Shown: piece by piece, positions 24,717-37,947 of the stretch | Numbering within the stretch: the stretch's first letter is position 1 | Layout of the letters: each line of letters starts with the position of its first letter | From: Eledone cirrhosa | Lineage: Eukaryota | Direction: 5' to 3' | NCBI GenBank assembly: GCA_964016885.1 | Contig: OZ024743.1 | Span: 343,356,001-343,420,000, forward strand | DNA: 64,000 nt | Translations under genes and position numbers: made by a program | The notes under the pieces: model-generated | What the model saw: only the letters and a program-made list of their open reading frames with translations | Databases searched by the model: none | What the model was told of the DNA's origin: nothing

Positions 24717-25614
24717 CAGTGTATCCCTGGCATTTGCGGAATTTTCCTTAGAACCTAACTAATAATTGTTCGTGAAAACCACTGCATATTCACAGAATTG
24801 TAAATATCTTTTATGATTTTTTAATGCTTTTTTCGTGGCAATATATATTTCTATGCAGAACAACTGCTGTCGCGTATGGGACAAATACAGTTGACTGCCG
24901 AATCCATAGTAAGGATCAAACCGCCAGACTCTTTCAAAAACGAAAGAGAGGCGGTTTTCCTCTGTACGGTGGCTATGGTGAAAGAAGTTATATGGTGGAC
25001 GAGGTTGAGAGGACTGAGGACAGATGCCTTTCTCTCCGGACAACAATTGATTCCATTCTTTAAGTATCACTTTAGAAGGAGAATCAGGGTGGAGAGAGAG
25101 GCACTGCACCCCAGTAAATTTACTGAAAGGTGGGTGAATGAAGCGAAAATGGCCCGAGTGATTGGGCCTTCTCTGTTTATAAGCCTGTAGGTTGAGGAAG
25201 AGAGCAAAAGGAAGAAGGGAGCACTTACACAACACGCTCCTTGAGTTGAGGGTTGTTCTATCGACGGGGTATTAAACAACCCATTTGTGGCGCCTCCCCC
25301 CTATTGGGGATTTCGATTGTTGAAATTGTTTGTTTTTATATTTTTTACACGACTGTATGTAAAATCCCCGGCATGTCTTTGTATTGTCCCCTTTCTTGTT
25401 GCGCCCTTGTGGCTAATAAAGAAATCAATATATATTTTTTCAAGCTTTTTAACGCTAAATTATTAATAACAATATACCATATTTGCCGACCTATATTTTA
25501 CATTATGTTTTGACATTTATAGGCATTTTTATGGACCACATCCAATAGTCACGGTTTTTCAATCTTCGCTTGTGTTCTAGGAACGTAACTCCCGCGAATA
25601 CCAGGGAACAATGG
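24717..25614. mobile_element. Tigger/pogo-like MITE interrupted by a LINE insertion
   Basis: TA|CAGTGTATCCCTGGCATTTGCGG ... CCGCGAATACCAGGGAACAATGG|TA imperfect TIRs. Confidence 0.72.
24851..25425 (+). mobile_element. 5'-truncated L1/Tx1-like LINE 3' end with a 12-bp TSD
   Basis: ORF 24876-25190 (VAMVKEVIWWTR...FTERW) resembles Tx1 ORF2 C-termini. It ends at AATAAAGAAAT and is flanked by CAATATATATTT at 24839-24850 and 25426-25437. Confidence 0.72.
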
Positions 25615-25617
25615 TAT

Positions 25618-27240
25618 ATCATCATAATCATTATTATTTTATATTGGTTTTTCCATGCTTGCATAGGTTGGACATGTCTTTTCCACTATAACATCCCTTC
25701 ACTTCTTGCAGTTCTTTGTCATCTCTTTTGAGAGTTTCAGCAATTTCAGATCAGTTCTCACAACCTCTGCCTAGGTCTTCTTTAGTCTCCCTCTGCATCA
25801 ACTTCCTTCCATTGAGATCTCCTGGCACTTCTTCACCCTACATCTTATACCTAGCTTTTCTCTCAGCACATCTATGTTTTGTCTTTCAAACATTAACATT
25901 ACACAGCCATTGAAGCATGCTTGCTATATTTCTGTCCAGACTTTGCATGTCCACAATGCATGTCTCACTACCATGCAACATCATGCATTGCACATAGGCA
26001 TCATACAGCCATTTGTAGAGAGAAACCTTTCGTTAACAGAGGTAGTAGTTTCCTGGACATTTTCCATCCTGTTCTTAGCTACTATGCTCTCAGAGCTACC
26101 AAATTCGCTGCAAATTATATCACCTAAGTAACAGAAGCTATCAACTATTTCTATAGATCCTTACTGGGATTGGAAAAAGTATATTTCACCGATACTCCTA
26201 CTACTAACTATCACTTTTCTGTTAACCTATCTGCTATCCCACTACACCTCTTGTGTAGCCAAGATTTACACTGTGTACATTGTATAGAGTTTCTCATTAC
26301 TTCATTTCTACATATCAAGAAGGTCCACTTCTCAGGAGAAATTGGGATCTCATCTCCTTTCCTATTCACTAAGACTTTATTTTTTCCCAAGTTTACTCCA
26401 AGCCCTTTGGATTCTAATTTCTGTTTCCAAAGCTGGAATTTCTTCTTTAGCTCTTCCACAGAGTCAGCTATGAGAACCAGGTCATCAGCATATAAAATTT
26501 CCATGGACTCCTCTGTTATACCTGGAGAACTATAATAAACAGTAGTGGGCTGAAGACCGAGCCCTGAATCCCTCACTAAACTCATAACCTACACTCACTT
26601 TACTGACAACTCAACAGCACATAGCTTGCACTGCTCTCACAACCCATTCTTCTATGACTAGTTTCCTTATGGACCACCAGATAATAGATCATCGTATTCT
26701 GTCGAAGGCCTTCTCTAAGTCCATTAAAGCTAGACATAGTGGCTTAGACTTTGCTAGGAACTTCTTTTAAAATTGTCTCAGTAAGCAGAGGGCAATTGTG
26801 GTGCTCTTCCCTAGTACAAAACCAAACTGCATCTCACCTAACTCTTTCCCTAATTAGCTGCACCAAAACTATCACTTTCATAACTTAGTCCCTCAGCTTT
26901 ATGACTCTGTAGTTTCTCCTTTCTAATGCATCACCTTTTCAGTTGCAGTATGAGTAGACTACTACACCATTATGTTACTTGATTGATTATGCAGGTGACT
27001 AATTCAACTTCTACTTCCCTAGAAAATTTAAGTATCTCCGTGACTACCTCTGACAGACGTGATTATTTTTCATTTCCTTGGTTGCTTTTATTACCCTATG
27101 ACTGTCAATTTTGATAGCTGGGGTCCCTCTGTTGGATCAGCAAGGGGTAGTCTCTCTTTCTCCAACTCATTCTTCACATTCATCAACCTCTCATAATAGC
27201 ATTTCCATGCCTCTTACATTTTGGTGTCAGTGATACTAAA
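25618..27240 (-). mobile_element. Old degraded RTE (PHD-bearing lineage)
   Basis: EILYADDLVLIADS...GLGVNLGK...NSIQCTQCKSWLHKRCSGI; upstream LEKAFDRI and QFGFV remnants; (CAT)n-like tail at the left end. Confidence 0.85.
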
Positions 27241-27301
27241 TGAATACATATAAAGTTGTGTTAAGCAGCTTGATAATGTTTATATCTGCATAATATATAC
27301 A

Positions 27302-27427
27302 GTATAGAGGTAACCGAGACTGTAGATATGTATATAAATTTACATATTTTTAGTGTATAAACATGTAAACATGTCAAATATATGTAAATTTATATACACA
27401 TTTATGCAGTCTCAGTTGCTTCTATAC
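27302..27427. repeat. ~125-bp imperfect fold-back (possible MITE)
   Basis: GTATAGAGGTAACCGAGACTGTAGATATGTATATAAATTTACATAT pairs with ATATGTAAATTTATATACACATTTATGCAGTCTCAGTTGCTTCTATAC. Confidence 0.8.
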
Positions 27428-29509
27428 AGTAGGTACACAAATATAACTTGATTCATGAAAGAGAGAGAAGTTTTTTTGCAGTCTCCAATTACCAGATTCC
27501 AACTTCTCAACCAAATTCACTCACAAGTCATTAGTCAACCCTAGGCTATAGTAAAAGACACTTTCCCAAAGTTCCATGCAACAGGATAGAGCCTCAAACC
27601 ATGTGGTTGCAAAGCAAACTTTCTAACTACACACCCGTGCCTTCCCTGACCCTATATGAAATGAAATAACTTGAAGAAAGTGATTTATTCATCAATGAAG
27701 TAATCATTTCTCATTACAGCTATTATAAATACTGAAATGTCCAACTTACAAAGGAAGATATAGGGAACTGAAGTGGTAAATTCCTTGATTATCATTGCAA
27801 TGTAAAACGCACCAACAACATATTAAAATGACAACTTCTAAAGCACACTTATACAATAATCCTCTGAAACAACTTCACAGGAATAATATTTTCATTGCAA
27901 GTGTATTCATAAAACTAGAAAGATATGTTGATGATGTGTGTTATGAGGCATTGATTAATAAAGCAATTATGCATTCTATATCAATCAGCCTTTCCTGAAT
28001 AAATACAAAGAGCGAGAAATAACTATGTATAAAGAATTCTTAATCAGTGACATGCATTAAAATTACATTTTGAAATGGCATCTTCTAGTTGTAATGATAT
28101 AACATCTAATATAAACCTTTTCTCTTTGCCATCACAACAATGCCATTTTCCCATTTCAATTTCCTTATCTCATATAGAAATGTATATGTATGCATACGCA
28201 AACACACACATACATGTATGTACATATACATACACGATTGCTGTAATAACGTCCATTTTCTCTGCTAGCAAAGGTTGGACACATAAATCATGTGCCTTTT
28301 ATTGTAGCATGAACACTAGGGAAATTGTTGTGTCCTTGGCATAGCTAAAGCATCTTCTCAACCCTTTGTTTGTCAGGTTTTCTATGGTTTTATGCCCTTC
28401 TTATTTATCACCAACGACTTTACAGAAGTGCACTATGTGATTGTATTTGATCTGCTTCTTTGTTCTGAGTTCAGATTCCACTGAAGTCAACTTTGCTTTT
28501 CATCCTTCCAAGGTTGATAAAATAAAGTACCAATAAGGTTGATTTAATCAACTTTCCCTCATCTAAATTGCTAGTCTTGTGTCTAAATTAGAAATTATTA
28601 TTGAGTTGGTGTTTAGAACATACTTGATAAAGATTTTTACATAAAATTTTGCTAGGTTTTTAGATAAATATATATAAACTTTAAAATAAACAGCTTTGTA
28701 TCATTGAACTGGCAAGGAGGGAGCTTAGTTTCAAGTAATTTGGTATCAAAAGGGGTAACAGCAGTAAACAAATTCAACAGATTCATCAAACAATATTCAA
28801 ATTCAAACCTGTCTACTGTTAAAACTTTGATTAATCAACAAAATTAATAATTACAATTGTTTCTCAGAATGAGATGTTTCATTGCATTTTTGTTAATTAA
28901 TCAAACACACATAATATTCTATTTGAACATCTCATATAAAAGCATAATCAACTTAATTGTGTTTGTTATATTTATATTTTTAATTCTTTATCTTAACCTA
29001 TTTGATATCAAACTACCTGAAACTACTCCTAGTACTATAATACAAAGGTATTTATTTTAAAGTGTTTTTTTTTATATTTATCTAAAATAATTTCACCATA
29101 ATTTAACGTTATGTTCCAAACATCAGCTCAATATTAAGGAAATTAATTATATTACTAAATTTCAACAAATTTTTTATTATTTCCAAAATAATTTGAACAT
29201 TTCAGGCAATGTCTTTCATTAAAATGTATAGTAAGAACTGGGTTATTGATAAAAGTAAATTTGTGTGTGTACATACACACAAGAATGCAGACGGACAGAC
29301 ACGTGTGTGTTTCAAGTTTCAATGATTGCATTGTTTAGACAGGTTGTCATATCCTGTAGCTTGATATGTCAGGTGACGATGTCTTATTTATAACCTCACT
29401 ATGTTTATAATATTTATAAAATGTTTATTTACATGAACATTTTGCATATGATTTAATATACAACCCAAGTCATTTATCAATCACGCTATGTCAGAGCATC
29501 ACTTCCTCC

Positions 29510-29567
29510 CATTGATTAGAGCTCACCAGCTTTTGCTCTTTATGCAAATGAGCTTCATCAGCCAATG
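29510..29567 (-). ncRNA. Degenerate type I hammerhead ribozyme motif
   Basis: CATTGG-CTGATGA-A-GCTC-loop-GAGC-AAAA-GCT-GGTG-AGC-TC-TAA-TCAATG. Stems II and III are perfect; the core GAAA reads AAAA and stem I has a 3-nt offset. Confidence 0.6.
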
Positions 29568-30225
29568 TTCACAAACATAAAACCTATAAGCTTCTAGCTT
29601 ATTTTCGTCTTAGCATCCAAGAAGAAGTAAGCCCCTCTTACGATGGTTAAGGAACCAGAAACAGTGCCCTTAAAAGTGCTCTCCCTTGTTTGGTTGCTAA
29701 AGACCAGTGGTGATTATTCACAGCTAAAATTTCATAGAACATTCAATCATCTTTATAGTTATTTTTATTTAGTCTTTTATTCTTGTGTTTTTCTACAAAT
29801 CTGAAAATAAACTTAAGCTCTTGACACAATGGAATCCCACTTAAATACGCACACACACCACAGAACAAAACACCACTTGGGCTTTTATTCTGAATAGACA
29901 AGGAATTTTCTATTTAAAGCAATAGAATTTTCTAGTAAATCAGTTGAATCTTGACCTGTTGAACCTCACCTCCACCCTCACCAGCCCACCTACATAAAGA
30001 ATATAAGAGATTTTGAGACAAAATTCACATACAAAGCTACAAAGCTTACATGTTCTAACTGTCCACAGAATATGAGGACAAACTTTTTAAATATTTAATA
30101 AGATTGACATATCTGGTAATATTTGATAAAACTTCATTTAATGTAACAAATATTAGAAAGTGAGTGAGAAAAGGGAGATATGTGTTATACTTTTGTTAGT
30201 AAATGTCTACATTAATTAAGGGTGT

Positions 30226-30431
30226 TTAACTCTTTGGCATTTAAACCAGCCATACCTGACCAGAATTCTCTCAACTCTCTCTGCTCATACTGATATTAAG
30301 GTATTGTTCTCAACATAAATAATATCAAAATCTCATAGATTCAATATTATATGAAATAATTATGTGAGGTAAAGCCTTTACAGTGAAAATACAATAGTAA
30401 ATATAGAGTAATGTAAATGCTAAAGGGTTAA
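30226..30431 (+). mobile_element. piggyBac-type MITE (~200 bp, TTAA TSD)
   Basis: TTAA|CTCTTTGGCATTTA ... TAAATGCTAAAGGG|TTAA; seven related copies in the window. Confidence 0.85.
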
Positions 30432-31019
30432 GTATAAAGTCTAGTATGATTCAATATTTAAGGGTATGTTAAGTGGTCACTAGTGTCTATGTGGTTTCAG
30501 TGTGTATGGTAATTATCACTAGGTTCATTGTGAGAACGTGTTATATCATCACTAGTATGAGTCAGTATTAACTAACAACTTTACAGGGTATACTGGATGT
30601 GTTAGGTCAGCTTTTGTAGAAGAAACTTGTCCATGGTGCCACACAATAGGATAGTACTCGAAAACCACATAGTTGCAAAATGAATGTCTTAACCACACAG
30701 CCATTTGTGCACCTAATTTGTTCTCAATGAAAATTTGAATAGTCAAACACCAGGTAACGACAGACTAATATAAATACCACCTTAGTGTATCAATCAAGTT
30801 TGAGATATAAATAAGCTCTTTAAATAAAATTGTAACAAAATATCCATATCGACTTCAATGATTATAAATGGATTAAAATAAAAGCTATATTAGACATAGT
30901 AAATGAATTTGTTTTTGTAGGTGAATCTATCTACAATGCAATCACACCTAATCCTCTCCTGGGATGGCATAAATGATGAGGCAAGCAGTCTAAAACATGG
31001 ATTGGCATGATTAAGTCGG

Positions 31020-32160
31020 ATCATCATCATCACCGTTTTACGTCCGTTCTTCCACGCTTGCATGGGTTAGACGGGTTGTCCTGTTGCGGGCAGTGTCCAG
31101 TCGGCTGACCATCTTGCTCATACGGGAACTGATTCTGGCTTGATTTCTACAGCTGGATGCCCTTCCTAACACCAACCTCATTTACAGTGAGTGCTGGATG
31201 CTTTTTTTTCCGTGGCGCCTACACATCCACTTTACAGTGTGGGCTGGGTGCTTTTTTGCCGTGGCACCTCCATGACCACTTTGCAGTGGGAGGGTGTGGG
31301 GCATATTGTCTATATGCTTCAGCTTCAGCTTATACCCGTGGGGGGGGTCGGGTCTTCTGTATTACTGCGTGACGCCAGAGGTCACGGCCGTGTGTCATCG
31401 CCTTTGAGAGGTGTAATTGGGTATGGTCGGCTTTTATCATCTCATCCCAGGTTTCCTTGGGTCTCCCCACCCTGCGGTTTCCATCGACTTCTAGTGCTCT
31501 GCACGTTTTTATGCTGCTGTCATCCTTCATATGCATCACATGTCCATACCAACGCAACCGCCTCTCCTGCACACAGCATTTGATTCCTCTTATGCTCAGT
31601 CTCTATCTCAATTCATTTATGCTTTGCCGTTCGCGTATATTACTATTACACATCCATCGGAGCATGCAGGCTTCGTTTCTTTCTAATCTACGCAAGTCTT
31701 CCACAGGCAGCGCCCAGGTCTCACTACCATGTAACATTGCTGTTCGTATATGCGCATCATACAGTCTGCCTTTCATTTTGAGGGAAAAGCCTTTTGCAGC
31801 TTGCAGTGTCAGTAGCTCCCTGAACTTCTTCCATCCCGTTCTTACCCTAGTTATTGTACTTTCCAAACACGTACCTCCGCTGCTAATTCGGTCACCTAGG
31901 TAGCAGAAGCTGTCTACTGTTTCTACAGAGCCCTCTCAGAGATTGGTGGTACTTGTTTCCTGTGGCTGTTTGCTGCTTGCTGTCCCAGCACAGCTGCTGC
32001 ATGTGAAGCCTACATTCTTAGTTAAACTTACTGAGATCCCGCTACATCTCTTGTGTTCCCATTTTTTGCATTTGGGGCAGAGAATGGAGTTCCTACCTAC
32101 ACCTTTCCTACATACTGAGCAAGTCCATTTCCCTGAGGGGATCTGGGTTATCTGGCCCTT
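31020..32160 (-). mobile_element. RTE 3' portion (PHD insert, C-terminus, 3' UTR, (GAT)n tail), related subfamily
   Basis: SGKWTCSVCRKGVGRNSILCPKCKKWEHKRCSG; TGWKKFREL; MLHGSETW; RLRWYGHVMHM; GRPKETW. Confidence 0.9.
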
Positions 32161-32372
32161 ATGTATATGATGTCCAAAGCTGAAATCATGATTGACTAAC
32201 AATATCCATGTTGGATATCTGTAATTGCTGTGCATGAATGACCTCTGTTTCAGATGCTGTACAACCCAATAAATGAAATGGTAAAATGAGATGAAATAGC
32301 TGAACCAAATGGTTGAAACCCCTTATATTTTTTTAGAGTACATGGACAAATTTATCATTATTATATTTGTAA

Positions 32373-32555
32373 ATTGGCAGTATCGGTAGAGGGTCGGACG
32401 CCATGCTTTAACGCATAGAGTTACGGCCCTTGCCATTCTGAGTTCAAATCCCGTTGAGGTTAACTTTGCCTTTCATCCTTACGGGGTCGATAAAATAAAG
32501 TACCAGTAATGTCCTGGGTAATTGCTGGCTTTGTGCCAGTAGTAGAAACAATTAT
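32373..32555 (+). mobile_element. OK-like SINE
   Basis: Matches 16587-16779. Confidence 0.8.
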
Positions 32556-32824
32556 ATTTCTAATATGAGAAGGTATGTAGTTTAGTGGTTAGAGTGTTTG
32601 GTTCAATGTCACAAGATCATGAGTTTGATTCCCAGTGCTGTATTGTGTCCTTGAGCAAGACTTATTTCCAATTCCTCCAGTCCACTCAGCTAGAGAACTA
32701 AATTAAGAGCACAAATGTTTGTGGAATGCTCAGGCACTTGCATGTTAATTTTACAAGCAGCCAGTTCCATTCTTCGAACAACTGGAACAATCATCATCAA
32801 AAATGGTAGAGGTCCAAAAAAAAA

Positions 32825-32828
<4 letters not shown>

Positions 32829-32897
<69 letters not shown>
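32829..32897. repeat. (CA)n microsatellite
   Basis: Perfect repeat. Confidence 0.98.
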
Positions 32898-32899
<2 letters not shown>

Positions 32900-34374
32900 C
32901 TAATATGCAAACAAAAAGAGATGGAAGTCAATTTGTTCCATTTTATGTTGTCACTTTAACAAAGGCTAATAATATACATGTGTAGTGTGACATTATACGC
33001 AAGTATATATGCATGTAGATATGATACATCAAAGAAAATTGTAATTGACAATATAGACAGAAATTGAATGAAGACTGTGTTACACTCTCTTATTAATCAG
33101 TAATGTAATCCATGATACATTAAAAAAAAGACGATATTATATAAACTGCATTAGGAGAAAATTAGTGACAGAAATATATGAATATTTATTTAAACGATCG
33201 CTAACCGGAAGTGTTGACATTTGAAAATTTTAAAGAAGTGAATCTTTAAATAAGTAATAAAATATATTTAATGAACAGCCACAAAATTTAGTAAATAAAT
33301 TATGTAATATTCATTCGTTATTTATTCAAAGTAATCCAACTTATTTTACTAATGGGATAAAAATTTATAAACTGTACGCAGTCACGCGCTCCTTACTTTA
33401 TTATAGTTTAGATTTCACCAAACTAATGAGGCATGAATGAGTGTTCGAGTTATTTAATCAATGGAACAGCCTGCTTGTAAAACTAATGGTTAAGTGGCTG
33501 AACATTCCACAGACACATGTATTCTTAAAGTAATTTTCAGGGAGATTTAGAGTGACACACTTTGTATCAAGACTGGTCCTTTGAATTACAGGTACGGTCC
33601 GCCTGAGGAGCTTCTGAACAGTTTCTGTCTACCAACATTAACTCACAAGGCAGGGGTTAACATGTGACTATAGTAAATGACACTTGTCCAAGATGCCACA
33701 CTGTGAAATTGAACCAAGAACTCAATGATTATGAAGCAAACTTCTTAACCATTTGGCTATGCTCCACCCTGACTCAATGTAACAAACAATAGATACACAA
33801 GGCATTGTTTGTGGATTATGAAGACATAAAAGAACTAGCCACTAGATTATTGATTACCAATATTGATTATCTGTATTAATTTTGGCACATTTTGTTTAAT
33901 AAATGGTACATAGACAAAGGACTGTAGGAGAATTCACAGGAGAGATTTCATATAGTCTTGTAATACATTAATAAATGAATCTTCATACAATTTAGTTTGG
34001 GACCCCTTTCATATCATGCCTTTGTTCATTTTCATGTCATTTTTTTCACTAACGCCTCTTTCTCTCCCTATATACATGTGTGTGTATGTGTGTGTGTGTG
34101 TGTGTGTGTGAGGGGGGGGGGGGGGGGGGGGGGTATGTGTAATTGTTGAGAGGCATTGTAATAAAACTCAAAAAGAACCATAACCAAAGTAAAGTACTCA
34201 ATACATCAAAGTAAAGAGTGTACATTAGTTTAAACATTAGTTTAATGAAAAGTGACTCTTACAGGACTAGTTCTGTTACCTTCACTTAAGAATTTTTTAG
34301 AGAGATGAAAGCTTAACCGAAGGAAGCAGAATTAGTCCTTAACAAATCAATACACTTATAACTATATATTTTAC

Positions 34375-34870
34375 GGAGTAGATAGACCCAGAAAAACGTG
34401 GGACGATTTGATAAATTCCGACCTTACACACTTGCACCTCTCTAAGACAATGTCACTGGACCGAGATCTTTGGCGCCACGCAGTAATACAGAAGACCCGC
34501 CTTGCCTATGTACAAAGCGAAACCTACAGTCAGTAGGCACCTCTTAACCAAATATACACCCCCCAATCCACTACCCTTACTCTATCCTCCCACTCCCACC
34601 AACACCACCCTCTCTTTATAAAGTTGGTACCACAACATTCAGTCCAAATAAATGAGATAATGAGATCGAGATCGTGTAGGTGTCACAACAAAAAAAAACA
34701 CACAGTCCACGCTGTAATGTGGCCGTGTAGGTAACACGGTAAAAAGTTCCCAGTCCACACTGTAAATGTGGTTGGTGTTAGGAAGGGCATCCAGCTGTAG
34801 AAAACCTGCCAGATAGTCCTATATGAGCGAGACATGGTCACCCGACCAACCTTGCCTAAAGTGGGCAAAT
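34375..34870 (+). mobile_element. RTE 3' end fragment
   Basis: Homologous to the 3' end of the 18359-20409 RTE (from ~19655) with a single copy of the 112-bp unit. Confidence 0.85.
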
Positions 34871-36729
34871 CAGATTGCTAATTTGGTTCAACATACAAAT
34901 AAAATAAGGTGTATGTCATGGGTCAAGATTTCAATTTAATATTATTAAGATTAATATTTTCTTCAACTGTGTTTGTTGGACAAACAATGTTTTCTCTCCA
35001 ATTGAGAGATTTCATCTGCATTCCTGAACAGTATTGCTACTATTTGTCTTTTATCAAGAGAACAATAACAAGCAAAATATTTTAAGGCCATTTTCCCTTA
35101 CCTTAGCCTGCCTCCCTTCACATTTACCCTCCCCACACATACACACTCAAGCTAAGATTTCTTTATCAATACTTAGCTCCTCCCCCTCCCAATATGTCCC
35201 TTCCTCTCCTCCACTTGAACCCTGTTTTCCACTACCTTACTTTGCCTCCCCCTATATCATTGATTTATTCCTCCTCCCAAAAACTAAAAGGTATATCAAC
35301 ATTTAGGTCCCCTCTGCCAATATGCCCTTTCCTTTTCTCTTGACCCCCTCGTCTGTCTTCCTCACCCACTTTATTCTGTCTTCTGATGTTATTGATCCCC
35401 TCAATTAAGGCTGAAAACAACATCAATGTTTAGGTCCTTCACCCTACCAATATGCACCTTCTCTTCTGTTTGACCTCTCCTCTCCCACCTGACTTTCCAA
35501 ATTTCCTTACTACTTAAACCACCCCACCTATCCTCTCACATACTCATTGCCCAAATAATTGAGTGACTACTTGAGTTCTGTCAGGCTCCCCTCACTCTGA
35601 TGCCCATCCATCCACTCCACACTCACTGAGAGACGCTGTTACACATAGTGAGTTATTATCAACTTAGCCCAGCATATATTCATTGGTATTGTGAAGAATA
35701 TAACTCTCATAACACCAGGTCCTTAGGTGGCTGATAGAGAAACAACTTTCAGATATGAAGGTTAGCTGCGAATATATTGCATAAGTAGTCCCAGCCCAAA
35801 TCCCAGGTTACCCTTTGGCAAAGCATAGTTCCCAGTAGCTACCTGTGCAATGTTATGTGAAGAAACATTTGGAAAGCAGGAATGGTGGTCGTGCTAAAAA
35901 GTGAACAAAAAGTGAACAAAAAGTGAACAAAAAATGAACCAATGATCAGGTCAATAGTAAGGTAACTGCCTCCAACAGACGGGCACTGCACCCGAGAAAG
36001 TTTTTGCAAGTTATCACAGTATTTCTGTAACAGAAAACATGACAGATACAGCCAACAGCTCCACAGTTAGAGCCTGTGATTCCCTACCCTTACATGGTCC
36101 TGATGAAGGCTCAGTTGCTTCCTATGAAGATGACTGATGTTCGCTAATCTCACACTCAAAGATAAGCTTCCAGTCACTTTTCAAAGCCACCTTCACAACC
36201 CAATGTTTACTCTAACTCTCTTCCCTTCCCAGTAGACAAGCAACATGTAGCTGCTATTGTTACATGCCCCAGTGTTCTCACCTCTATTCTCCCATCTATC
36301 CCTTCCCATCTGCCTGGCTGAGGACTCAACCATTGCCCTACTATTGGTACCTCAATCGAGTGCAACCAGTACACTCTGTAATGTGGTTAGCATTAGGAAG
36401 GGTATTCAACCATAGAATTCATGCCAAAATGGAACATATGAACATTATCATTTAACACCCAGATATATATATATATATATATAGGTATGCACCTGTATCT
36501 ACATGTAGATAGCTGTCAGGTAAGGGAGGCTAAATTATCTAAGATGTCCTTCCTTTTTGTAAGACTGTGGGATATGATTTAACTGGTATATCTAGCAGCT
36601 GAAGCACTGCATACAGGATGCTGATGTCTGCAGTAGTGTTGATAGTTGTTGTGATGTTTGTTTACGATTGTGGTGGTGGTGTTTGTGATAGCAGGATTGG
36701 GGTAGTGGTGATGATGGTTGTGATTAAGA

Positions 36730-37122
36730 TAGACCTGCCTTGCCTAAGTACAAAGCGAAACCTACAATCAGTAGGCACCTCTTAACCAAAAATACACCCC
36801 CATCCCACTACCCCTACCTCCATCTACACCATCCCTTTCTCTGTAAAGTTATGTTGGTACCACAACATCCAGTTCTAAATAAATGAGGTCGTGTAGGTGT
36901 CACGACAAAAAAACACAGTCCACACTGTAATGTGTCCATGTATGTAACACGGTAAAAACCTCCCAGTCCACACTTTAAACGCGTTTGGTGTTAGGAAGGG
37001 CATCCAGCCATAGAAAACCTGCCAGACAGTCCTATACGAGCAAGACAACCAATCTTGCCTCAAGTGGGACAATTCCCGTCTAAACCCATGCTAGCGTGGA
37101 AGATAGACGTTAAACGATGATG
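36730..37122 (+). mobile_element. RTE 3' UTR fragment
   Basis: Homologous to 19773-20409 with a single unit; ends in GATGATG. Confidence 0.85.
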
Positions 37123-37602
37123 AAGAGAAAAAGTAAAAGCAGGAGATATAAGAGGAGGTTTGGATAATTTAAGAAGAAAAATTAATTTAGGAGGCTTATG
37201 TACAGATGATTAAGATTAAATATAAAGATGGTATAAAGATAACTACATGGAGTTTACTGTCTTCAGGAAACTAACTTGAGCATTTAATCACCTAACCCCC
37301 ACCTCTGTCTAAATGTAAGAGTATGGTCATGTTTCAACAGCTAAATTTTATTGGGATAATGGTTCTTTATTTCTATTCTCTAGATATTTCTATGGTCATT
37401 GTTCTGCTCAACTTTCTTCACAAGGTTGCAAAACAGGTGATTGTCTTTCGATTAATTTTCATTCTTTCACTGTGGTGTCCCCTTTTGTAAGCATTTCTAC
37501 TCTAGTAGTTTCTTTCCACAGCTGGTTACCTTATGAAATTCTCTTCCTTCTTGTTTGATTGATGAATATGTATAATGTTAATTATTTTAAATCTTCTACT
37601 GA

Positions 37603-37947
37603 GGAGGCACATGGCTTAGTGGTTAGAGCATTGGCCTTGCAATCGAAAGGTTGTGAGTTCAATTCTCAGACCGGGTGATGTGGGTCACTATCATTCCACT
37701 GCAAAGTGGTCGTGGAGGTGCCACGGCAAAAAAAAAAAAAAAAAAAAAAAAAAAACACCCAGCCCACACTGTAAAGTGGACGTGTTGGCGCCACGGAAAA
37801 AAAAAAGCACCCACCACTCACTGTAAATGAGGTTGGTGTTAGGAAGGGCATCCAGCTGTAGAAATCAAGCCAGAATCAGTTCCCGTCCCACCCTTGCAAG
37901 CAGGGAAAAGCAGACGTAAAAATTATGATGATGATGATGATGATGAT
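37603..37947 (+). mobile_element. tRNA-derived SINE, internally deleted (CORE-like part missing), with an RTE-type tail
   Basis: Same head as 21819; jumps from GACCGGGTGATGTG directly to the tail modules; (GAT)n end. Confidence 0.85.

Noticed and set aside
29542-29590. Octamer (ATGCAAAT), CCAAT and TATA-like promoter cluster
   Set aside because: No downstream gene or snRNA is visible; the motifs are better explained as parts of the minus-strand hammerhead-like fold.
36096-36140. CTGATGAAGGC hammerhead-like start
   Set aside because: No GAAA or stem III follows.
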